Positions 23,542 to 36,806 of a DNA stretch of 64,000 nucleotides are shown here, one piece after another. The first letter of the stretch is position 1. The number at the start of each line of letters is the position of its first letter. Source of the DNA: Chlorokybus atmophyticus (Eukaryota; Plantae; Mesostigma and Chlorokybus algae); NCBI GenBank assembly GCA_009103225.1, contig RHPI01000818.1:124001-188000 (forward strand). Reading direction: 5' to 3'. Below the pieces are notes generated by a model that worked only from the letters and a program-made list of their open reading frames with translations, made no database searches and was not told where the DNA came from. The position numbers and the translations under genes are program-made.

Positions 23542-26500
23542 ATGCTGGGGTCGTTGCTGAGGTCGGCTGCGTTGGTGCGCGGCGCTGCTGCAGCTGCGGT
23601 AGTGGGGCGGAGCACTGCTGCTGCTGCTGCTGCTGCTTTGCCTGCACCGCAGTCGAGCAGCAGGTTTCAACCTCTCCTTCAAGCTGCTGTTGAGTCGCCT
23701 TTGGGGAGGTTGTTCTCGTCGCAGGCTGCTTCTGCGGCCTCCCCAGCTTCAGCAGCAGCAGCAGATATCAGAGACTTCGCCATCATCGCACATGTCGACC
23801 ATGGCAAGACCACCCTCATGGACCGCCTGCTTAAGGAGAGCGGAGCGACCGTCAGCGGTAGGTTAATACAGCACGTCGAAAGCATACAACTAGTTTGCTG
23901 CATGCATCCAGTTTGTAGTTACTAGACTAAGCCTCAAACCTAGAGACTGTGCAAGATGCAGCCTTGAGCCAGAACCAACCTGAGCTCAACTATACCAAGC
24001 AGCGGTTGGTCGGCGATCGCCAGTACCAACGTACCAACGTAGCGCTTTGACATGTTCTCGTGGATCATCCCTCATGTGTCAGCCACCAGGGCTTGCATGC
24101 AGCGTATGCGCCCAGAACCGTAGTTCATGTGTCACATCGGTACCAGATCACATTGTCATTGCTGCACTAGCAGCGAGGCACTGACAGATTATGTGGTAGG
24201 CGAACGTGTCATGGATAGCATGTCACTAGAGGTGGAGAGGGGCATCACAATCTCGTCGAAGTACACATCCTTTCAGTGGAACGGTATCACGCTGAACGCC
24301 GTGGACACACCTGGGCACGCGGACTTTGGAGGAGAGGTTTGCACTCGTTATGTCTGGTGTTCTTGCGCAATGGTTCCGTTCAATAAGCATACTCGCGTAG
24401 GTGGAGCGTGTGCTGGACATGGTGGATGGCGCATTGCTGCTGGTGGATGCAGCTGAGGGTCCACTCGCGCAGACTAAGTTTGTTTTGGCCAAGGCGCTGA
24501 AGCGAGGGCTTCTGCCACTGGTGTTGCTCAATAAAGTCGATAGACCGGAAGGTGAGATGCAGGTGGCTTGTTGCACTACTGTCAGCGCTAAAAGCGTGTA
24601 ACTGTGGTGCTGACTTACATGGCAATCAGTCACCGAGGAGCGATGCAAGGAGGTGACCAATGAGCTTTTTGAGCTATTTGATGCGCTCGGAGCTTCAGGC
24701 AAGTACTAGTGCCATTCCCCTCGAGCACCATAATGTCAAGTGTACATGCTATGCCAAGTTAATTGCTGTCTCACTTGACTTGTGCAGATGAGCAGCTGGA
24801 CTTCCCAGTTCTATACTCATCATCGCGTGAGGGTTGGGCATCTCGCAGCTACACGAAAACTGGTGATGGCGGCAATATGTCGCCTTTGCTTAATGCAATT
24901 GTGGATCACATACCGTGCCCTCAAGTAGATGATGCGGCACCCTTCTCCTTGCTGGTGCCTTGAACCTTGATGCTTGCCTATATGGCCATGGTGCAATGCA
25001 GTGTATGCTTCCTTGTTGGCGCTTTTGATGACCCGCACATTGTTGCATATGCAGGTCACAATGATCGAGCGCGACCCGTTCGTTGGCCGTATTGTAACAG
25101 GGCGCATAGCCAGTGGCAGTGTACGAGCGGGTGACGCATTGCACGCGCTGCATCGCAGCAGCACCACTCCATTCGAGACTGGACGGGTAAGCTTGCGACG
25201 ACATATTATGCAGCATGGTGTTTGTGTTTGTGTGAATAGCTCCTTTGTTCTAGTTAGTAGGCAGTTAGATATCGCTTCCCTCTGCTCTCAGGTCACAAAA
25301 CTACTCAAGCGAGTTGGGATGAATCGCGTGTCAATAGACTCTGCGTCAGCCGGTGACATTGTTCAGATCGCCGGCCTGGAGTCAGCATCCGTCACGGACA
25401 CCATTGCTTCCCCAGAGGTTTGTGCAATGGGGTTTGTTGTGCATGCATCTCTTGTGTTTGTTGGGTGAAGCTTATGTGGTGTGGCTCTCAGGTTTTGCAA
25501 GCTTTGCCATCAAGCCCGATTGACCCACCAACAATTTCCATGACCTTTGGTGTCAATGACTCACCATTGGCTGGACGTGATGGGACAAAGCTTACCGGCT
25601 CAAAGATTGGAGATTGGCTACTGGCAGAGGCTGAGACCAATGTCTCAATCAATGTGAAAAATTTGCCTGGCGGTGACGCTTACTCAGTGCAAGGCCGCGG
25701 AGAACTACAGCTGGGTACGGCCCTTGCATGCGCTATCCATGTGTTGTTGTGCAGCTGCTAGTTATAAGTACATGAGAGCTTATTTGCCTCAACTGCAGGC
25801 GTTGTGCTGGAGCGAATGCGGCGTGAGGGCTTTGAGTTGTCAGTGTCTCCACCTGCCGTGCTTTACCGCGAGGAGAAGGGCAAGAAGTTAGAGCCTATTG
25901 AGGAGGTTGTTATCGAAGTTGAGGATCAGTACGCTGGAACGGTTATCGAGAGCATCACGGCAAGGAAAGGCGATTTGCTGCAGGTACGTCAGTTGAGGGT
26001 ACATTGTGTACAGCAAAAGCAATGTCAACACACCCACAACATGTTGGCTGCGCAGATGGTACCTGCAGCTGGAGCAGTTGGGAAGACACGCCTAAGTTTT
26101 CTGTGCCCATCCAGAGGACTAATTGGTTACCGCAGCATCTTTACCACTGAGACCCATGGTACAGGTGTTATGCACAGAGCCTTCCATGCTTATGAACCTG
26201 TGAGAGGGCAGCTGGACAGTATCCGCAAGGGCGTGCTGGTATGTTGTACACGCTTGCGTGTGGCTTTCTCTTGGTGAACTGGTGTGCAGCTGAGACTCAA
26301 TCGCTCCTACTACTTAACCCTATGTCTTGAAGGTGTCCATGGCTCGTGGACCTACCACTGCTTACGCTCTTGCTTCTCTGGAAGCACGCGGAGAGTTGCT
26401 TGTAGACTCTCAAGTAGATGTCTATGATGGGATGATCGTTGGCATACACAGCCGCGATGAAGACCTGCAGGTGGGCTGTGTACATGCACTCATGAGTGAT

Positions 26501-26907
26501 GTGTCTGCTGCACAAAATGCATAGAGACACAGCAGCGTGCAGTTCATGTCTTTGCAACTTACTTGCTGGCTTTCTTGCGCTGCTATCCTGTCTTAAGTAG
26601 TATGGTGCAGGTCAATCCTGTGCGCGCAAAGCAGTTGACAAACATTCGCGCTGCTGGCAAGGATGATTCGTTACAACTTCGACCTCCCAAGAAGATGACA
26701 CTTGAGGAAGCTATTGGGTTTGTGTGGAGCGACGAACTTATTGAGGTACAGCTCTTGGTTGCCGTCTTCAAAGACGATTCTTGCTAATGTCGGGCATTAC
26801 AGTATGCTGACGGTGATGGTCTTGTGCAGATAACGCCCAAGAGCATTCGGTTGAGGAAGAAAATACTGGACGCTAATGTGCGGAAAACACAAAAGCGCAG
26901 AGAGTAG
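23542..26907 (+). CDS. typA: TypA/BipA ribosome-associated translational GTPase, probably mitochondrial, multi-exon
   Basis: Ala/Arg/Ser-rich presequence ending RLFSS; G1 [13 protein letters not shown]2 ERGITI, G3 [13 protein letters not shown]4 NKVD; [56 protein letters not shown]. Stop at 26907. Confidence 0.96.
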
Positions 26908-29820
26908 TCGCATTGCAAGGTGTGCCGACCAATGCGTAATGATCAAGCCCGCATCACCTAATAACGGTTTGTCAAGCATCTGGTTGAGTGCACATGCCTT
27001 GTATTGGTCATTACCACTTCCGATATGTGTATTCTACAAGCGCGAGCCGTCAGTGTTGCTGAACCCTGCTAACAAAGCCACTTGCACTATGCTGCTGAAT
27101 ATATGAGTATATATGCGCTATACAGATACTGACATACATGGCACAAAAAGTACCAGTAGATCAGCATTTGGTAAGAGATATTTGGTGAAAGCACAATTAG
27201 TGCGAAGTTGTTCATGTATGTTTTCATATCTTAGTCATTTCAACATTATTCAATCAATGCCATGTGCGTTAATCTCAGAATTACATGTACACAGGAGATC
27301 AAACGGGCTTGTCTGGTATGGACTATGTACTATGTGTGTGATAGAGAGCATAGATAACGTGTGTCATTTACAAGACATCAACCATGCAAGGCCATGTTTA
27401 GCGCATCATGTAAGCATTCAACAGTTCAATATGTGCGTGCGCATGTGGAAAAAGTTGCTTACATTACCACACAGAGGTTGCGCGTGGCAAACCCCGAAGT
27501 AGGTGGCAATAGGGCAAAGACAAGCAAGTAGTCATGTGATTATGTAAGGGCCAAGGCAGAGCGTGTACAATTTTCTCTTACAAAAGTCAAATGCAGTCAC
27601 CATCTTAACACTAATTTAGGAACTGACCAAAAATAAGTACTTGGACTTATTTGAATACCGAATATCCTCCCTTTTTGGCCGCGATATACCTCTTAAACCA
27701 AGCCGAATTGGCTGTAGTATTGCTCATTACGCTCCGAATCGCCCGCAATACGGTCCTTAAACATGAGAAAATTGTACTTATCTAAGTACATTTAGCTCCC
27801 ATCCTCGTGTTAACTTTAAGACCTCAAGCAGCAGCAGGTGGGCGTGTATAGCAAGGTGCAGACGAACATTGTTTCAATTGACTAGAGTGTGACATGTTGC
27901 ATTTGTGCACGTTGGTTGACAACCATACTGTATATATGTGTCAATTTGTAATAATAGGGCGGGGGGCCCTCACAGTTAGTACTGCCTAGATATGTGAATC
28001 CCCATTGCGAGATTTGAAATCTTTTGTAATTGCGCGTACTTTGCAAAGCCTTAGAGACAACATAATCACAGCAGCGATGCACGGCTGTTTGATGCGTGTA
28101 CGCTTTTCATGACATTATGACCTCGTAATTCTCATTTTTTTAGTGTATGACAGCGTCGGTACTTTGCAATGTCAGTAATTGTGCTTTTACATTAAGGATA
28201 TGTCACGTTGCATATTAGGCAAACACATATTGTGACGTGTTGTGACATGCAATTCATGTATATAAGGCGGATATCTTACATGTTAAACTTTCAGGTTGAA
28301 AGATTCAATAGAGCATGCTTATTGGTGCATCCTGCAACTCACCTTTGATGTATAAATCTTAAAGATGCTAAGATGTCTTGGTGCAGGGTTTCTCACTTTG
28401 CGACAGTATTATATTTCATATGGCTTTTTGTTCATTGTTTTTAACTATTTACCATTGCGGCAGTTTGCTTTGCGGTTGCTTATTACGGAGCTCTATTTAT
28501 TATAATGTTTTAAAAAAGTGTTTCTCAAAGCTAGATCTGTTACTTGTAGGGCTCCAAGAGGTGATCGTGTATTTGAGTGATATATGGCAATGCAGATGTG
28601 TGCAGATCACATCCTTTCATCTTATCTTGAGGACGCACGCGTGCTTGTATGCAGTGGGGCCGCCGGGTGGCCTACTCATGTCACAACCATCATGGATGAT
28701 CATGGATGATCAAGACATGCTGTAAAGTACGATCTTGTGTATGGTAGACCCAGCAGACTGAGTCTAGCATACATGAGACCCAGGCCTATTCGGTCTATTG
28801 TACATGTGTGCCACACATCAATATATTAAGCAAGGTCGCAAAATGCACCATGCGTGTCGCTGTCTTGCAGAAGGCGCCAAGCATGTCCGCTCAAGGCTCC
28901 ACCAATGCCACATGCACTGCCCAATTGCCCCCCCCCCCCCCCCCCCCCCTCNCCACAGCTGGAATTGCATAAGCGCCAAGCTATGCTGCAAGCTGCAGGT
29001 TACCAAAGCGCAACTTCTTTAAAACCGTCAACTTGTAATTGCACTTCCAAGTTGCGCAATACTAGTTGTCATATTGGCAGTGCAGACAGTACACGGCCGT
29101 GCCGACAGTAAAACCACGACACAAAACACGGTTGACTCAGGCAGACCTCAAGAATGTGGTCCTGCATAGCTGCAATGGCCTTATGTGCATTGTTTATCAT
29201 GTTGAGACATATGGGCACAGCTGCACTCTTGCGTGGCACGGCATGATAATGCATTTGTCTACTGAACCTAAACAAGCAGAGGGTTGGATGCACAAGGGGC
29301 CACAGGTTTACGCCGATGTGATAAAGACGCTCGAGCGGCTCACTGCCGCAGAGCTGAAGCTCTTTCGCATGCGACCGCTTATTATATTAAATTGCCATGC
29401 TGTAGACTGCATGAGTTGTAATGCACGTGTACATCGCGATGCGAGCACACAACACCGTGGCATTGCACATAGCAGGGCAAGCGGCAGGGAAACGACCCAA
29501 CAATCTCAGCAAGAACACCCACAGAGCTGATTGCATACATCGACATCCATCATGTGCTGCTGTGTGCAATGCAATGCGATAAGGCATGCAGTAAGGGTAG
29601 CGGGCAGAAGTCATTACTGAAGCAACGTCTTATCATGGATGACTTATCAAATGAGTAGAGGGAGGCCAACAATGGTTGAGAGCTTGACGTCCAGCTTCAT
29701 GCAAGTAGCCTGCATGGCAGTGGTACATGTAATTCTCTCTTCTAATCACGCACACAAGCATGCATGCCGCATGTGGGGCACGTATGCACACCACTTGCTA
29801 ACCCACCCACCCACCCCCCC

Positions 29821-30009
29821 NNNNNNNNNNNNNNNNNNNNNNNNNNNNNNNNNNNNNNNNNNNNNNNNNNNNNNNNNNNNNNNNNNNNNNNNNNNNNNNN
29901 NNNNNNNNNNNNNNNNNNNNNNNNNNNNNNNNNNNNNNNNNNNNNNNNNNNNNNNNNNNNNNNNNNNNNNNNNNNNNNNNNNNNNNNNNNNNNNNNNNNN
30001 NNNNNNNNN
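29821..30009. other. assembly gap (N)
   Basis: Run of Ns flanked by poly-C. Confidence 1.
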
Positions 30010-31472
30010 CCCCGCCGCCTCCTTCTCTCTCGCTCTGTTACTCTGTATGTACTGAAGTTATGCACACGGTTTTATACTTAGTGTTTGCTCACAGAGCTCA
30101 AGATTGGCACGGGCAGCAGAACGCGGGTCGTGTGCGCTGCAACGGAGACAGCGTAGCAGTTAAGGGCTTTATCATTGGTCGCTGCTTGCGGCCGTCGGCT
30201 CTCAAGTTATTCACGCTCTACGTCGGCCACTTCATAACAGCATCTCGGCTGAGGCTCACGGGCGCTTGCATGTGTCGGTGACCTAATGGTTCAACCATTA
30301 GATTACCGACACATGCAAGCGTCCGAACTCATTGCAGTGCATAGAGTCAATGTGTGCGTGCTTTCGTTGTGAAGTAAAAATGGGAGCCTCACTCAAAGAG
30401 AAAAAGGTGATAAGTGAGCTTGAAAAATCTTCAACTCATGTCAAATGGGGGATCTACTAGACCTAGTAGGTCAAAGACAGGGAAAGGAGAAACATACAAG
30501 CCTTATGTCGCAGTGGCTTAAAATTCGTGAATGACTTCAAGAAAGCATTGTGTGACAAAGCGCAGCTGCGGCAGTTGAACTCCAACCCTCACTTAGCAGG
30601 AAGCTCGTTCTGATAGCAGTGCTAATGATTTTGCGCGTCACAATCGCCTTCATTGTGTGCGAGGCACTCGCTAATCATGCAATGATTGAAAGGATGACTC
30701 TTCATGGTGTGATGCAGCACTGTGGGTATCATCATTTGTCCACGTGTTGACATTTAAGTAAGCACTCTAAAGCCGATTATGCACATGCCACTTGAACTCA
30801 AGCGGGTGCGCTGCATGTTATCATGCCCCGGACGTGACAGTGAGTGGCACTCACTAAATGCGCCTACAATGAATGTTGCTCACAATCAGTCTGATTGAGA
30901 TTATGAGTCTTTTGTAACTAATGGTGTGCGGGTGTGCGCGCATGAGAGATTCAAGGCATATCAATGCGTGCCCGTAATGCATGCTCGTGCGGCCTTCGAA
31001 GGGGAATTCTGTTGAGCTCTATGCTGCTTCAGTGCTCAACATTACCGCAGCAGCATTGGCGTATTGCACTTCAGTCTTGTGTGTTGGCACTGAGTGTGCG
31101 GTTGCGCGTGTGCTTGAAGGGAGAGAGTGTGAATCGGAAAACACTCTCCTTATTATAATCCTCCCACCCTCCTTGTCATAGAGAAACGGATCCGAGGGTT
31201 CAAATGACACAGGTTGCCAAGTGCATGCACATTAAATTTACATGCATTGCTCATGCCACAAACAGAGTACTAGACATGTACAGGGCATGCGCAAAAAGAG
31301 TAACAATCACGCCAAGGGCCTTAAGCTAGTTAACGCTATTTCTATAAGATAAGTGCCCATGTGTGCAACGCAGTAGTATGCAGCAGTAGCATGCAGAAGT
31401 AGCCATCAGAAGAGCAACCTAATTGTAATCTACCTTCCATCTCAGCACTCAAGGGCCAACGCGATCCTCAGC

Positions 31473-31476
<4 letters not shown>

Positions 31477-31523
<47 letters not shown>

Positions 31524-31546
31524 NTCTCTCTCTCTCTCTCTCTCTC
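31477..31546 (+). repeat. (CT)n microsatellite
   Basis: Directly visible, contains one N. Confidence 0.95.
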
Positions 31547-32837
31547 CGCGGTTAAGCTTTGCTTGCAGAACTTACGACCGACGCGGTCAGCAAGCTACCG
31601 GTCTTGGGCGGAGCGGCAAGGAAAGGCTGTCGGTCAGGCGCCCGTCCGCTTGGCGTCACTGCGGCAGTGACACTGCCTTGCCGCCGCGGTTGGCTGTTCC
31701 CCCTCCCTCATTGGGCGCTCTTCGCCGGTCAAATGAGCTGCGGCTGCCGCTGCCGCTGCTTCCCGCCAAACCGAGAAGAGCGGCCGGGACTGACTGAGAG
31801 AGCCGCTCAACCGAGCATTAGCTGCTTGGCCGCTGCTCCCGCCAAACCGAGAACGCCGAGATTGCCGAAACAGTATCAAAGTTAGCTTTGAGCACACAGA
31901 GTGTGTGAGAGAGAGCGAGAGAGAGCGAGGCAGGGAAAAGAGGCGGCGGGCAGGTTGGTGAGCATGCATGCGTGCTTGTACGACTGTTGCATGCGGGCCT
32001 GTGTTTATGTACTTGCCTGAAGCTCGCTGCGCTTGCTGCTGGCAGGCTTGCTGCTGCCACCGAAGCCCATCATCTTAGTGCCGAGGTACTGAAGTCGAAG
32101 CTGCGAGTCAGTAAAATTGGTGCTCAGCTGCCTGTTTGCTTTCCCCGCAGTCAACAAGGGCCGCCCTCACCGCCTTGGTACATGGCCTGGAGTAGAGCGC
32201 AATATGCATGCATGCGGTTTGCCCCTTGAGCGATCTGGCTGCATGCTGGCATGTTGCACGCACTGCCTGTCCACTCGAGTTTCCTCGTGCCTGACTTCCA
32301 AGCTCGTAATTGGTGCTGAGTCATGAGCTCATACCTTACTGAGTGGACAGGCAATAGCCAGCTGTCTGGCTCTTTTTCTCATGTGGTGCATGCGTATGGC
32401 CGTCTATGATGCCGGAGCTGCCATGCTTCGCGAGCAGCAATGTGTGCTTGAGTTGTACATGCGTGTTTTGTGCGTGTTGTATCTCTGTTGTATTGTGTCG
32501 TCTTGTGCATGTTGTTTTGTGTTTTGCATGTGCGCGTTACTTCTCGATCTCCCTAATTTTATGGTCAACTCTCAATGCCCACCAGTGCAGTACAGTGACC
32601 CAAGGTACCTTGTCCATATGTGCTTTTTGCTAAAGCTCAAGTTGGACGAGTGTGAGGCGGGCTGGAGGCCCTGGGCCTGCACACGTACATGCAATGGCTG
32701 ACCAGCGAGCACTGCACAAGCATTGGTGTAGCAGATGGCAGAGTGCAATCTGTGCAGTCTGTGCACCTGGACGCTCAACATGGAGCCTTTTCGCCGTTGC
32801 TCTTCGTGCAGGCATTGCAGCAAAAGGCGCAGACACA

Positions 32838-33623
32838 ATGCCGCAGCGTGAGCTGAAGCTGTACTGTGAGGAGACGGATGTGAAGAAGACCGACAGTGCT
32901 CACAAGCAAGTGTACGTGAAGCAAAAGGCCTCATTCGAGACCCCGCAAGAGGTGCGGGCATTCCTCTCGCAACTCCGGCAGGCACTCCGGCTGCGGCACC
33001 AGCTGGTGTGGATCGGCATCGTCGCCGTAGAGGACCATAAGGACGCATTCTTCGTCCCTCACATCAGCGACGTGCAGCGCTTTGCAGTGCCTAGCGAGGA
33101 GCGCCTCGGAGCCCGCATGATTGAGGTGTGCAACTTGCTGTGCCGCTGTGCTGCCTTTCAGTACATGCGCTGGTGTGCGTGGTGTGCTTCTCTCAAGCCA
33201 TTAGGTGGTCGTCCGTAAAGTGTGCTACAGTTGTACGCAGTGTTGCGTTGCAGAAGTGTTGTTTCATGTCAATCACCGCTGACAGGCAATTGTGGCTGGC
33301 ATCATGTGCGCTCTGTTCAACATTGCCAAACATGAGACAAGTTTGGCAGCACAACTGTATGGCTATTTATAATTTGTTACGCACCCATTGCCCAGGATGT
33401 TTATGGCGAAGGCTATCCTGAAGCCAATATTCACCAGTACCCGCGTTGGTTTACCGAGCGCTACCCACCGACTTGGTGGTCCCCGGTGTGGGAGTATTGC
33501 CGCCGCAGGAAGGCAGAAGCGGACCTCACTGGCGAGCAGAAGCTAACCGCCGAAGACTTTGCCATGTTCGCAAGGCATAGGTTCGCCATCAGCATCCTTC
33601 GCCACCAGCCTGGTAGTAGCTGA
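32838..33623 (+). CDS. orphan hypothetical protein, two coding exons (32838-33125, 33396-33623), ~171 aa
   Basis: GC3-rich frame; phase-0 donor (GAG|gtgtgc) and phase-0 acceptor (cccag|GAT) join in frame to give ..ERLGARMIE|DVYGEGYPEANIHQYPRWFTERYPPTWWSPVWEY..QPGSS*. The true start may lie in an upstream exon. Confidence 0.7.
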
Positions 33624-34917
33624 CTGTGGCACTACACGGTAAATGCCACTGACTTTGTCGACCATTACTTAGCGGCATAGCGACTTTTAGCACACTCAGA
33701 GCTGATTGGCATGTACTGTAGCCACACATGCTGTTGATGGTCTTGCATAGCCTGCACGTAGTTCAACATTGCACTGCGTGGTGACATGGTAGCCGTCGTT
33801 GACATTGCTAGCGGCCCATGGCCCATGACATGCAGCATGCTCTGCCAAGGAGCTGCAGTTTGCAGTTCACTTGTTGTGGTGCTGGGATGGGTCACTCGCA
33901 GGAGTGAACTATGCAGTACGGCGTGCTATTGAACAGAGTGCGTGCGTGTGCGGCTCTCATGGCCTTGCTTAAAGCGCCAGGCCACAGTCTAGCATTGGCT
34001 CCACAACCCGTGCCAAACCCACTGACGCACTCAGAGCAGCCCGCTGTGCTCAGAATTTGCTTCATGAATGCGGCGTGCGATTACTAAGACAATGCGGCAG
34101 TGACTGGCATTATGATGAATGGTTGGCAGCGAGTAATCTTCTCTTGCATGCTGATTGCACCGCCAAGGGCCTTGTGCTAGCCAGGGAAGTTGTATTGCGT
34201 GCTGCTGACCTGGGGGCATCCAGGCCTGCTGTCGCGTGACAGCGATTTCACGGGCGCGCATGCAGTGCATGTGTGGTTGGCAATCTGATGCCCCCCCCCT
34301 GGTTGCACGGAGCCAGTGTGCGCATCTTTGGTCCTGGCGCAAAGGAGGGAACCTTGCGCACTGCAAGCTTGCCGGCTTGCACACGCAGGCGAGGAGCAGA
34401 AGGTACAGCTTTCCAGGTCTTCAAGCTATTGCGCTTGGGACTCTACAGCTGCCATCTGGAGGGTCCACAGCTAAGTCCTCTCTTTCAGATCAGTGATCTG
34501 AAAGGGGACTTAGGTCAGGGACGAGGGAAGGAGAGACGTGAGCCTCATGTTGCACTGCCTGAGTAGCATGGCCACCGAGTGCAGCTGCAACTTCAACCCA
34601 TACTTGGCAAGATCACATCAATTGTGACTGCTGGAATGCATGAAGCGCTTTGCGGTGCTTGTAGACGGAACGAGCGCATCATAAGCCCTATGCTGCAATG
34701 AGAAGTCATGTCACTGAGTGCAGTCGTAACCCCAACCACAATCACTGATGGTTGCTGAGTGGCACTTGGCAAAAATTCTGTCGATGAAGATGCTGAAAGT
34801 GACTGCAGTAGCACCCATGGTCACAACATGTACTTCTTCTTTGCGCCAGTTACATGCTTATGGAGCAAAGCAAACACTCTCCACAGTTGATGCAACAGCA
34901 TTTGCAGCATTATTGGT

Positions 34918-34919
<2 letters not shown>

Positions 34920-34981
<62 letters not shown>

Positions 34982-35194
34982 NNNNNNNNNNNNNNNNNNN
35001 NNNNNNNNNNNNNNNNNNNNNNNNNNNNNNNNNNNNNNNNNNNNNNNNNNNNNNNNNNNNNNNNNNNNNNNNNNNNNNNNNNNNNNNNNNNNNNNNNNNN
35101 NNNNNNNNNNNNNNNNNNNNNNNNNNNNNNNNNNNNNNNNNNNNNNNNNNNNNNNNNNNNNNNNNNNNNNNNNNNNNNNNNNNNNNNNNNNNNN

Positions 35195-35244
<50 letters not shown>

Positions 35245-35260
35245 TGTGTGTGTGTGCGTG
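34920..35260. repeat. (CA)n - N gap (34982-35194) - (TG)n
   Basis: Directly visible. The gap is flanked by opposite-orientation dinucleotide tracts. Confidence 0.9.
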
Positions 35261-35413
35261 TGTGCTTATGTGTGGGATGCAGGTGTTTGCGTGTGCGTGT
35301 GCGTGTGCGTTGTTGTGAGCTGGTTGACTCGTATGGTTGCAGGATGGGTAAGTAACATTCCCCTTGCTGTTGGGCTTTCACGTCTTATGTGGTTGTGGCC
35401 CGTGTTTATGCAG

Positions 35414-35553
35414 AGATTGGGGCCCTCACATCGATGTTGTGTGTGGGCTTCTTCTTCCTCAGCAGCCTCCCCAAGCACTATCAGCCGCCCGCAGACTTGG
35501 CCGCAGTCCTCGAAGCCGGGCCGCCTCCTATCTACGTAGGCTTTGGAAGCCTT
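35414..35553 (+). pseudogene. exon of a sterol 3-beta-glucosyltransferase (UGT80/Atg26-like) gene carrying a frameshift
   Basis: Bounded by tgcag| and |gtgagt. Reads DWGPHIDVV, then after a shift inside gttgtgtgtgggc reads GFFFLSSLPKHYQPPADLAAVLEAGPPPIYVGFGSL, matching the UGT80 segment DWGPxIDVVGFxxLxxxxxYxPPxxLxxxLEAGxxPIYxGFGSL. Confidence 0.75.
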
Positions 35554-36227
35554 GTGAGTGTGAGTGCGTATGCGCGTGTGTGCGTGTGGCAATCAGTATG
35601 CTACTTACGTTAGCAGCATCACCGAACACTTGAACGCAACGCCACCACGTCGGCAGCAACGTCGGGTGGTCATGTTCTCCTTGTGTACCCAACAACAGTT
35701 AACAGTTGCACGTCATGTACGCAACAGTGACCTTGTACTCCTCTTCAAGTACAACATGTACCGCACTTGCAGGTTGCGTAGGCGTGTGTGTGCGTGTGTG
35801 CCAGACTTGGGGCTTTTTCTGCCTTTTCAGCGTTGTTGATGAGTGACCGGTCTACTTCTAATGCACGTCTATCATCATCGTGTTGAAAGTCGACATATCG
35901 ACACTATGACGAGGGAAAACAGGCCGCTACTCTACACGCGCACGCGTGATTGAGTGTGCATGTTGTTGTTGGTGTCGACTGTACCGATGCCAGATACAGG
36001 ATGGAGGAGCCGGCCCAGCGCGATCGCGTGGTTGTTTGGCGACCCGCCTTTCTGGTGCACTCATGCTCACGTGTGTGCGTAATTGCGCGTGCACATGTGT
36101 ATGCGTGCGTGGCTACATGTATAAACGACTGTACGTACATACACACGCGCACGTGCTTGTGCGTGTGGTTGCATGCATGCGCGCATGTGTGCACAACTCT
36201 TCATCGCATGTTGGGCTCTGACTGTGG

Positions 36228-36806
<579 letters not shown>

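Noticed and set aside
23764-23810. TypA G1 context [16 protein letters not shown] (D/F instead of the usual N/I)
   Set aside because: The changes lie outside the P-loop core; G1-G4 are intact, so this is an ordinary variant.
27631-27790. Short inverted repeats (aaataagt..acttattt; tgtactta..taagtaca) as a MITE
   Set aside because: Arms are only 8 bp in AT-rich DNA, with no target-site duplication or second copy.
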